A stretch of DNA of 64,000 nt from Felis catus. Taxonomy: Eukaryota. Location: contig NC_058369.1 of the NCBI RefSeq assembly GCF_018350175.1, positions 5,768,001 through 5,832,000 on the forward strand, read 5' to 3'. The notes under the pieces were generated by a model. That model ran no database searches and was not told the origin of the DNA. It worked only from the letters and a program-made list of their open reading frames with translations. Made by a program: the position numbers and the translations under genes. Within the stretch, counting starts at the first letter, position 1. The number at the start of each line of letters is the position of its first letter. This document shows, piece by piece, positions 48,036-60,000 of the stretch.

Positions 48036-51000
48036 ACAAAAAAAAGTGAGATCATAGTAAGCTTTTTCTTTTTTTTCATTTAACACCATGTCGGATCTTT
48101 CCCTGTCACTGAAATGCCTGTGCATTTTAAGCTAATCTTGACACTGAGCTCAAGCCCATAATGAAGTGACTCTACCAGGTCTGGGGTTGGGAGTTACCCA
48201 GACAACTGCTAGATGCTGTCCCTCCCTCCTCTGCAGACGTCGACGAATGCTATGCACACCCGGGCATCTGTGGCCCCGGTACCTGCTACAACACCCTGGG
48301 GAACTACACTTGTGTCTGTCCTGCGGAGTACCTGCAAGTCAACGGTGGCAACAACTGCATGGGTACAAAGTGTGATGACTGGGGAGATAGGCAGTTGTGG
48401 GAAAAGCACTTGGGTGTGGGAAGGACTCCTAGGGGTCTCCAAGCCTCGGAAGAGTGTGGAGAGCTGTGTGTAGGGGAGTAGAGAGCAGGAGGGTGAGTGT
48501 ATTTTGGAGTTGCTGGTCAGTAGCAGAGAACAAGAGGCAGGATTTGGGGGCCCAGGGCTGTCATGAATGGTTGTCCAGGTTGTGCACTGCCCAACAAAAT
48601 CTAAAATGTAAAAGGCACCCCATGTGTGTTGGGGGAGAGGCATCAAGCCAGTATTTTTCAGCTGGACCCGTGAATGAGTTCCCAGCCGTCTGATGGCTCT
48701 CTCTTCCTCTCTTCTTTCTTCCCCTCTCTTGGCTATCTTTTACCCACACTCCTCTTCCTAACGGAACTGCAGACATGAGGAAGAGCATTTGCTTCCGGCA
48801 CCATAACGGCACGTGTCGGAATGAACTGGCCTTTAACGTGACCCGGAAGATATGCTGCTGCTCATACAACATTGGCCAGGCCTGGAACAGACCCTGCGAG
48901 GCCTGCCCCACCCCTGCCAGCCGTGAGTGCTCTCCACACCCCCGCCCCCTTCCTTCCAGCTTCCTCCTTTTTAGTGCAGTATTTAAGGAGGCGCACCTTG
49001 ATTGGGGCGCCCAGATTAGCTCTCATCCTACATTGTTGTGATGAGGGCTAAGGAGTTGAAAATACGTCCTAGGTGGCGTATGGAAAGCATCCGTCTTGGG
49101 GTGGGCGAGGCATCCTTCCTTGTATGTTGCAGATTTGGGGATTCAAAATGGATCAGTGAAGCTTACGTTTGTGGTAAAGGTCCTCGGAGACTCACAGACT
49201 ATTTTGGGGGGAGGGTCAGTGAGTACCTGGGGCCAGGGAGGAAAGCAAAACTAGCTGGAGGCACCAGGGGCCCCATGAGCAGGGGAAGGTGCAACCCCGG
49301 GGAAGCTCTGGGAAAAGCTGCTGAAACACTGTTTGGGATGAAGAAGGGTATTGCGGGGAGGGAACAGCACGAGCAAAGGGCTGGAGGCAGAACTGAGCAG
49401 CAGACCATGCCGGCAGCTGGAGAGAGAGCTGGTAGAATGATCTAGCAGCCCGCCCAGGAATCAGAAAGAGCCGCAGGAGGGGGGCAGTGACTGAAAGTGG
49501 ACAACAAGGACGTTCCCACACGCTATGGGCTGAATGTGTCCCCTGCTAAACTCACGCGTTGGAGCCCCGGTCCTCAGGGCGGTGGTGTTAGGAGGAGGGG
49601 CCCTGGGGAGGGGATTAGGAGGCCCCCTGAATGGGATGGGGGCCGTTCCGAGAAGACGTGTGTGGGAGGCGATCTCCACCATGTGAGGACATAGCAGGAA
49701 AACAGCCACCTCTGAACCGGGAGGTGGCTCTCACCAGACCCCGAGTCTGCCGGCACCTTGGTCTTGGACTCCCAGCCTCCAGAACCGTGAGAAATACGCA
49801 TCTGCTGTTTAAGCCACCCGGTGTGTGGTATGTTGTCATGGCAGCCCCGTCTGACGGAGACCAATAGTTTCCTCGGGCCGTGGCAACAGATTGCCACAAA
49901 TTTGGTGGCTTAAAAACCCCAGAAATTAATTTTCTCCCAGTTCTGAAGGCTAGAAGCCCGAAGCCAAGGTGGCAGCGAGGCCGTGCCCCCTCCAGAGGCT
50001 CCAGGTTAGAGTGCTTCTTTGCTTCCTCCAGCTTCCGGTGGCTCTGGGCGTCCTGTGTTCCCGGCTTGGAGCTCTGTCCCCCATCTCTGCTTTCGTCTTC
50101 CTGTGGCTTCTTCTCTCCAACTGTCTGCGTGTCTCTCCTTTTCTTATAAGGACACCGGTCATTGCATTCAGGGCCCACCCTAACCCAGGGTGTCCGCATC
50201 TTTTCTGGATTGCATCTACAAAGACCCTGTTTCCCCAGATGGTCACACTCAGAGGTTCTGGGTGGACATGAACTTGGGGGGCAGTGGGTGTCCATCCCGT
50301 GCGGGGCAAGGAGAGGGGATCGTTACTGGGCATTTCTGGGTGGTGGGCCTGGTCTGCGTCCTAGGTAGCAAGAACGGGGCAGACCTGAGCTGTGCGGGCT
50401 GGGAGGGAGCTGCAGACAGCCAGCTCTGGTCAAGAGACTGTCAGGACAGATCACATGTCACCCTTGGTTTGGGTGCTGGGACTTAGGTACCTGCTCGGAT
50501 CTCGTGCACCTGAGTCTGAGGTGCAGGTGGCGTAAGACGAGGCAGAGGTCCATACTAGCCGATGACGCGGGTAGAAGGCCGAGTGACGGCCAGGGCGGGG
50601 ACCTGGGGAAAGGTGGCAAGATGCCGCTGCCTAAATACCTGCCCATGTCCATCTGGCGGGCCCAGAGACACCTGCTCCACCTGGGGATCGCGGTCTGATA
50701 GGCGGCATCTCGGCATTGCCAACGGGATGCAACTAGGCAGGGTGGGCTGCCCCGGGGAGGCCCAGGGGTAGCGCCATCAGCGGCTGGTGCCAGTGTGGCG
50801 GGTCGGAGGGAGCCCATGGGAGCCTTCCCTGTGGCCGCCCTGAGTCCTCGAGGCTGGAGTGGGCTCTGCTAGGGAACAGCAGAGGGAACAGCATGTGCAA
50901 AGTTCCCATGTGGGATGGATGGACGGTGGAGAGCAGAGCCCCTCCAGACGTGTAATGAAATCAGTGCAACGGGAGGGCGGGAGTCGCTGCTGGAAAGGCA

Positions 51001-54000
51001 GGGCCGGGGGGTGAAGGTCTTGAAATTCAAACTGAAGAGTCTGCCTGTTCCGGAGAGGGCAGTGGGGTGTGGTCAGCGGCACTCACGCGTAGATGAGAGA
51101 GGTCGTGTCTCTGCGTCTCTGTGTTGGAAGGTCACGCCGCGCGGGTGGGTGGCTGCCTGTAGCTCTTCCAGTGCTGGTGAAAGCGGGTGGGAGGCAGAGA
51201 CTAGTTGTCAGAGGCCGGGTGAGGGCTGGGCTACAAGGGTTGGAGGAGGCCATGGGCGGGGATCAGGAAGAGGAGGGGGTGTCCTGCCTGGGAGCCTGCA
51301 GCCCCAGCACCCTCTGCCCTGTCCTCCTTTGCCCAGTGGACTACCAGGTCCTGTGCGGAAACCAGGCCCCCGGCTTCGTCATTGACATCCACACGGGGAA
51401 GCCCCTTGGTGAGTGACTGTGTCCCCCTGCTGACAGCCTCCAGGTCCCTCTGTCCCCAGGGCCCTGACCTCCCCCTTCCACCCACCCCCGCCCCATGCCC
51501 ACACTTCTGCCTTCCCAGACCAGGCCAGGAGTTATGTCCCCAAATAGTTCCCTTTATTAAAAAAAAAAAGTAAGAGTATTTTTATTGTTATTATTCGTTT
51601 TTTAAAATTCTGATAACCTACGTATAACATGAAACTTACCACCGTAACCGTTGTTAAATGTCCAGTTCAGCGGCGTCAGGCACGCTCACACTCTCAGGCA
51701 ACCATTCCTACCATCTGTCTCCAGAACTTTCCATCGCCCCACACTGAGACTCTGTCCCATGAAACACGGACGCCCCTGCCCTCTGCCCCACCCCTCGCTC
51801 CCAGCATCTCCACTCTGTCTCTGTGGACGGGACTCCTCTAAAGACCTCCTGTGAGTGGGGTCACGCAGGACGTGTCCTTCTGTGACCGACTTCTGTCACT
51901 GCACGCGGTGTCCTTCAGTCCGTCCACATGGTGGCATGTGTCAGAATGGCCTTCCTTTCTAAGCCAAACAAGGTTGTGTGCAGTTTAATCCCTGGAAGGC
52001 CACAACTCAGCTGTGTGGTGTGGAACTGATGAACCCACTTCTGGCTGTTTTCATCCCAATAAGGATGTGTTCTCCTTATTTTAAACAACCGGGGCATGGC
52101 AGATAAGATCTGCTTCCCCTGCCGTTACCACATCAAACCTAATCTCCTTCACACTCCCAAGGTTCCCATGCTGTATGCCCCGAGGATTTCTAGCTCCTTC
52201 TTCGTGCATTTCAGTATACATAGAGGTCCCCATTGAGAATGCACAGCATTGTTTTCTGGGGAGTTTGAAATTTTCTCATTCTATAATTCCCTGCATACTG
52301 GTTTACGACTCACTTTTCTCTGGCCACCAACGAGCCGTGAAGACCCAGACAAGTGACTGACTGCAGTGCCCCCCTCTTGTCCTGCTTTGTAGTATTCCAC
52401 GTGTGGACACGCCCCAGGTCACCAGCCAGCCCCCCATGGATGGGCACTTAGTCTGCTTCTGGATTCCTTTTTTATACAGTTGGCCCTTGAACAGCACGAG
52501 GATTTGGGGTGCAGAACCCCATGCAGTTGAAAATCTGCATATAACTTTTGACTCCCCCCTCAAACTTAACTAATAGTCTACTGATGACCAGAAGGCTTAC
52601 TGATGAGGTCAACGGTAGATTAACACGTTTTATATGTTACAGGTATTGTATACCGCATTCTTACAATAAAATAAGCCACAGTCCATAAAATGTTACTAGG
52701 ATACCTATATGGAGGGGTGCCTGGGTGGCTCAGTCAGTTGAGCATCGGACTTTGGCTCAGGTCATGATCTCACAGTTCGTGAGTTCGAGCCCCGCATTGG
52801 GCTTGCTGCTATCAGCCCAGAGACTGCTTTGGATCCCCTGTCCCTGTGTCTCTGCCCCTCCCCAACCTGGGCTCACTAAAAATAAATAAACATTAAAAAA
52901 AAAAAAAAAGGAAAACATTTATAGCACTATACTATGTTTATATAAAAAATACACACAGCTAAGTGGCCCTGTGCAGTTTGAACATGGTGCTGTTGAACAT
53001 GTGCTGTTTAAGCATCAACTGTATAGATAACAGCTTTTTTGGGGTATAACTCACATACCACACGCCTCGCCCATCTTAAGTACAATTCAGTGGTTTTCCG
53101 TGTCTTCACAGAGCTGTGCTGCCATCACCACTAAGTTAGGACATTTTAATTTTTTTTTTTTTAAGTTTATCCATTTATTTTGAGGTTGGGGAGGGGAAGA
53201 GAGGGAGAGAGCGAATCCCAAGCAGGCTCTGCACTGTCAGCACAGAGCCCGACGCGGGGCTTGAACTCAACGAACCGTAAGGTCACGACCTGAGCCCAAA
53301 CCAAGACTGGGCACTTAACCGACTGAGCCACCCAGGCACCCCTACATTAGAACATTTTCATCACGCAAAAAGACACCCGGTGCCCGTGAGCAGACACCCC
53401 CCGTTCCCCCTCAGCCAGCCCCCGGCAACCCCTGTTCTACTTTCTGTGCCTATGGATTTGCTCTTCCGGGCATTTTACATCAGTGGGATTGTACAATATC
53501 TGTTCCTGCATCTGGTTTCTCCCACTGAGCATCGTGCATTCAGGGCTCGCCTACGTCGTAGCGTGTCCGTGTTTCACCCCTTTGTAAGGCTGGGTTACGT
53601 TCCATCATGCGGATGGACCATGGTTCGCTACCCATTCCTCTGCTGACACTTCTGGTTTCTTGCTCCGCGTTGTCCCAGGACCCCTCCCCCACCCCCCCAT
53701 GTGGCTTCCTGATCTCGCAGGGGCTGTTGACCCCAGCAGACCCCTTGAGGCAGAGGCAGACTCACTGGGCTGCGGCGAACGTGTTTTCAGTTGAGAGACG
53801 CTCACCCCCCTCTGTTCTCTGTCTTTCATCCCACATCCTGATCTCTTTCTGGTGTCAGAAAGACTTCAGCTGCCGCAGAATTTTTCCAGTGTGCTCGTTT
53901 GTGGCCACCCCTTCTCCCAGACTGCATGGCCCCCTGGCCCAGGGTCCCCAGGTGTTCCCTGGGGCTGGGCTGCCCCTGACGGCCGACGTCCTCCCCAGAC

Positions 54001-57000
54001 ATCGACGAGTGTGGGGAGATCCCCGCCATCTGTGCCAATGGCATCTGCATCAACCAGATCGGGAGCTTCCGCTGCGAGTGCCCCACGGGCTTCAGCTACA
54101 ACGGCGTGCTGCTGGTCTGCGAAGGTGCCACCTGCCCGGCCTCCCCAGCCCTGGGTGGGAGGCTCGTCCCCCACCCCATGCCCTCTGGACAAGTCACTTA
54201 AGCTCCATAAGCCTCAGTTTCCCTTTCTGTACAGCGGGGCCGATGCCTTTCCAGGGGCCTCCAACCCACATAACCAGCCTCCCTCTGGTTCCGGCCACTT
54301 CCGGAGGGATTCCCCGCTGCAAAGCCCGGGGCAGGGTTGGGGGTTGGGACCTGGCAAGGAAGCCTCCCGCACTCCTGCCTGTCGGTTGTATCCCGCAGAC
54401 GTGAACGAGTGTGCCGGCGGGGAGAGCCCCTGCCAGCAGAACGCCGACTGCATCAATATCCCTGGCAGCTACCGCTGCAAGTGCGCCCGAGGGTACAAGC
54501 TGTCGCCGAGCGGGGCTTGCGTGGGTGAGCGGGGACCCCAGCACCCTGCGGGGCAGGGAGCCGAGGGGGTGGGCTGTGGGACCTGGCGGGCAGGGACAAG
54601 CTAGGCTCCGCTCCTGTGACTTGAGTAGGGCACGGCTCCGTCTGGGTCTTTCTCCTCGGCTCTGCCATGGGGTGGTTGGGGATGCCGAGCACCTGTTAAT
54701 AGGGGGCTTGGAAGGGGGGGGGGATGGGAGCATGGTGCCGGTCTGGCAGCAGCTTGAGCGGGGGCTTCTAGGCAGGTTCCGGCTTCCCCATCACTGCACG
54801 CAAGGGCTCGGCAAACGCCAGGCGTGTGTGTGTGTGGGCGTGTGTGGGTGTGTGTGGAGGTGGGGTTCTGGGGACACCACACTGCCTGCCCTCCCCCAGG
54901 ACGGAACGAGTGTCGGGAGATGCCAAACATCTGTAGCCATGGCGACTGCGTGGACACCGAGGGCAGCTACACTTGCCTCTGTCACCGTGGCTTCCGGGCC
55001 TCGGCGGACCACACCCTGTGCACCGGTGAGCGTCCCTTCCTGTCCCCCCCCCCCGGACAGCCAGGCCGCCAAGCCAGAGGGACCTCAGGTGCACATGTCC
55101 CCTGTGAGGGCAGTGCTTTCATTCATCTGGTTCACAGACAGACCCAGGTTTGAGTTCTAGCACTTAAGACCTTGGATATATGACCTTTATTCACCTCCTT
55201 GTGCCTCGGTTTGCAAAACGAGAGTGATAAATCGTTTCAGGGGCTCTTTCCAGCCACCTCCCCCCCCGCCAGGGGTCACTGCCCGTCCATCCGGACAGGG
55301 CTAGGTGCAGGAGAGGCGGGCTGGGTCTAGCCAGGCCCTCAGTCCCTGAGCCGCCTGATGCCCTGGGTGAGCCGGGCGGGGCTTGGGGGCTTTGCTCTGG
55401 CAGACGTCGACGAGTGTGACCGGCAGCCATGCGGAAATGGGACCTGCAAGAACATTGTTGGCTCCTACAACTGCCTCTGCTTCCCTGGCTTCGTGGCGAC
55501 ACACCGTGGAGATTGCGTCGGTGAGCCCCTGGGCCGGTGGGCGGGCCTCATTGCTCCGCCCTGAAAAGTGGGTCCTCAGCTTGAGGGCGCCCCTCTGAAA
55601 TAAAGGGTCTGGCCCCAGGGATCCCTTCAGAAAAACAACCCCAGTGGTCGGTGCTCCCTCTAAAATAGTCAACCACAAAATTTCCCACCCGACCCCACGG
55701 TCAGGCGTCAGGAGGTCTCTCGCTAGAGCTTACGCTTAGGGTGACGGCAGCCAGTGGACAGTATAGAGGACACAGCACAGACCTGGGTGGTGTGATGCTG
55801 CCACCTGGGTGCAGTGGTTAAAAGCATGAATTCCAAAGTCAGGCAACATGAATTTGAATCCCAACTTTGCCACCTGCCAGCTCTGTGACCCCAGATGAGT
55901 TGTTTTACCTTTTACCTCTCTGGGCTTCAGTTTCCTCTTCTGCAAAAAGGAGATTAATAGTAGTACCTACCTATGTTAATATTAGACCAAACAGACAGTA
56001 ATAACAAGAAATGTTAGCAGAGATGGAAAAAGATATCATATAAAGAGACCAATTCCTTGTGAAGACATAACAACCATAAATACATATGCATCTAACAACA
56101 GAGCTTCAAAACATACAAAGTAAAAAATGACAGAGCTGAAAAAAAAAAGATAAACCCACAGTTACGGTTGGAGACTTCAACACTTACCCTCAGTAGGAGA
56201 GGGGACAAATAGAAAATCAGTAAGGATAAGGAAGATCTGAACAACACTGTCAATCACCTAGACCTAGTCAGTATTTATAGAACATTCCAGAACACACATC
56301 CTTCTCAAGTGCACCTGGACATTTACCAGGAAAACCCATATTCTGGGCCATAAAACAAACCTTAGAAAATTAAAAAGACTTTTAGTCACACAAAGTAGGT
56401 CCTCAGAATGTAAGGGAAGTAAACTAGAAACCAGTCACAGAAAGACATCCCGAAAAATCTCCAAATATTTGGAAATTAAACAGTATATTCCTAAAGAATC
56501 CAGAGATTGAAGAAGCAATCATAAGGGAAGTCAGAAAATATTTTTGACTTAAATGAAAATGAAAACACAACAAAATTTGTGGAGTTCAGCTAATGGAGTA
56601 CCCAGAGGCAAATTCATAGCTTTAAGTGCTTGTACTAGAAAATACTGCTATCTGCCTCATTGGATAGTTGGATATACAGAGCCTAGCACATGAATACATG
56701 ATAAATTGAAGTCCCTGCCATCAACTTAACTTCATTGTGGACAGAGTGCAAGGGAGGCTCAGAGCCCCAGGACTATGGGTGACCCCATCCGCCCATATCC
56801 CCTCTGCAGACATGGATGAATGCACCACCCTGGTGGGGCAGGTGTGCCGATTTGGCCAGTGCCTCAACACAGCTGGCTCCTTCCACTGCCTCTGCCAGGA
56901 TGGCTTCGAGCTCACGGCCGACGGGAAGAACTGCATAGGTGAGTCTTGCCTTGGAGTGGGGAGTCATCTCCGCCAGCCCCTGCTCCAAGTTGACCTGCAG

Positions 57001-60000
57001 TTCATACTTCCAAGTGATGACGGTTCCATTTCATAATCATGCACTTATTTTAAGGTATAAAAGGAAATACAACTAGCACATCACATCCATGTTTTCCCAG
57101 GATTTGTGGTTTAGGGTAAAGCTGTCTTAAAAACCTGAGTTTTCAGGGCACCTGTGTGGCTCAGTTGGTTAAGCGTCCGATTCTTGGTTTCGGCTCAGGT
57201 CACAATCTCGCAGTTCATGAGTTCGAGCCCCGTGTGGGGCTCCGCACTGAAAGCACGGAGCCTGCTTGGGATTCTTTCTGTCCCTCTCTGCTCCTCCCCT
57301 GGACACACTCTCTGTCTCTCTGTCAAAATAAATAAACTTTAAAAATGCTTTTAAAAAAACCCTAAGTTTATGGGGCGCCTGGGTGGCTCGGTCGGTTGAA
57401 CGTCCAACTTCAGCTCAGGTCATGATCTCACAGCTCATGAGTTCAAGCCCTGCGTCCAGCTCTGTGCTGGCAGCTCAGAGAGCCTGGAACCTGCTTCGGA
57501 TTCTGTGTCTCCCTCTCTCTCTGACCCTCCCCTACTCACGCTTGGTCTCTCTCTCTCTCTCAAAAATAAATAAACTTTAAAAAAAAATTAAAAACCCCTA
57601 AGTTTTCTGAAATAAAGAATAGTCAAGGTGCTACGTGGATTACACAGAAATCAGGAAGGGGGTCTGTAAGTGGCTTAGAATTAGGGGCCTTGCTCCTTCC
57701 CTTGGACACCACATAGCTTCACCTATAACCCCCACTTTAGGACCCAGAATATCCTTCCCAGGCTGTCTCTTTTTTCCCGAGTCTCAACTCTTCCCCTGGA
57801 CCCAGGAAGACTTGTTCTGGGGCCCTTGGTCATCATGCAGTGACTACAGGTGCTGGTCCCAGTCCCAGGTGAACCCCTGTCACAGGCTGGTGCTGGGACC
57901 CCTCGCCTTCCTCTCCCCAGATACCAATGAGTGTTTCAGCCTCGCGGGAACCTGCCTGCCAGGCACTTGCCAGAACCTCGAGGGCTCCTTCCGCTGCATC
58001 TGTCCCCCTGGCTTCCAGGTGCAGAATGACCGCTGTGTCGGTGAGTGTCTCTCTGGGCCTCTGTTTCCCCATCTGTGAAATGGGAATGCCAGCTGGGGTC
58101 TTGGTGAGGGTGGAGGCGTCCTTAGCACAGCACCCAACACAGCTGTGTACACAACTTCTGTTACGAGGATTATTTCGGATGTTCGGCTCAGGGTCTCTCT
58201 CTGGGGCCCGGAGGCTTCTTCATGGATCCTACAAAATGGGCATGGGTGTGGGCTTGCAGGGCCCAGAGAACTCCTCACTCTTGGTGGGTGGTGGTCAGGG
58301 ACCAGTCTGGCCCGAGTTCCCCCTGGTGTAAGTCCCTGTCTGGGTGACTTTGTACCGAGTCGGCTACTCTGGACCAGTCTGGCCTAGGCAGGTGGGCTAA
58401 CCTAGATCAGTCTGGACCCTCTCTTCTGATCTATTCTCTCTGGGCTCCCCTAAGTACAGTATGAGCTAACCTCATCCAGCATAAGCTAGGTTTATCCGAT
58501 CCTGGTTAGCTTTGTACACGGTCAGTCTCTAAAGACGAACTTTTCCTGACCATGACCCCTGTCCCAGAGATACCTTCTAGGAAAGACTCCTCCCCCGCCC
58601 CCAACACAGCCCAGCTGGTGCTCTGGCTCACTGCATCCCGAGGGCCCCTGGCCCGTGTCTGTCAGTTCTCGGACCCTCCCGGGCTGGGCTGCCACTCTGT
58701 CCGCCCCCTCCTCCCCCGACAGCTGAGGCTGTCCTACCCTGGCAGAGGTCCTGCCTGCACCCCACCTAGCTCGTGTCCCTGCCCCCCCAGACATCGACGA
58801 GTGCTTGGAAGGACCCAGCCTCTGCCTCTTTGGCACCTGCACCAACAGCCCTGGGAGTTTCCAGTGCCTGTGCCCACCTGGCTTCGTCCTTTCTGACAAC
58901 AGGCACCGTTGCTTTGGTGAGTCTGTGGTTCTCTCTTTGAGAAGAGGTGGAAGGTAGGGTGAGAAGAGTGGGGCCACCCCGAAAAGGGGGCTGCAGTTTC
59001 CTGCACGGATCTCCAGGAGCTCTGCCCAGGCAGAGGTGCTTCCCGGCATTGGTGGGGTTTTTTTAGTCTAAACAGCCTCTGCACCAGACAAGTCACTTGC
59101 ACGGAGGGCTATCCTGGTCCAGTCTGGGCTAACCTGGTCTCCTGGGCTTTGGTTGTCCTGTAGTGGCTGCGGTTGCCCTCCGTGGGCTGGCCTCACCTCG
59201 GTAGGCCAGCCTTGTCCAGTGTGTGGGCTAGCCTCAACCAATCCGAGCCAGCATCGTCTCTCCCCGGTTAGGGGCAGCAAAGCAGAGGGCAGGGCAACCC
59301 AATCAGTGTTTGTTGTTCAGACCCCAACCTGCCCTTGAGGACTTCTCAGGCTGATGGGAGTCCAGGGCTGATGAGGGGGGTCCACGATGATGATTGGGGT
59401 CTCATGTCCCAGGTCCTCTGGCTCTCTGGAATCAGTGGCTTCGCCTCTCCAGGAAGGGGCTTTCTGAGCCACGAATAACTGGCTGAGTGTGCTCCCCTTG
59501 GCACAGCTGTGGATGTGGGGTGTCACTGGAAGGGATTCCCAGGGGTCCAGCGGAAGCCCCAGGGCTGGCCCTCATTGGCCCGGTGTAGGTCACATGTCCA
59601 TCTCGGAGCCAATCACCACAATAGGGGGGGTTCTGATTGGCCACTTGGTAGGGTCTGGGCCCCCCATTCTCTGGGACCGGGGTGATGATCAGGGCACTAC
59701 TGATGACCTTTCTAATGTTTCCCTTGGGGGGGGTCACCCCACAGACACGCGGCAGAGTTTCTGCTTCACACACTTTGAGGCCGGGAAGTGCTCTGTGCCC
59801 AAAGCTTTCAACACCACCAAGGCCCGGTGCTGCTGCAGCCAGAAGCCTGGCGAGGGCTGGAACTACCCCTGTGAGCTGTGTCCTCAGGAGGGCAGCGGTG
59901 AGCTTCCTGCCCTGTCTGACTCCCCTTAGATTCCGCCTGCCGGCCCACATCTGTTTGGTTTCCTACACACGCTCGGGGGGGCTCTAGGGGCCGCAGCAGC

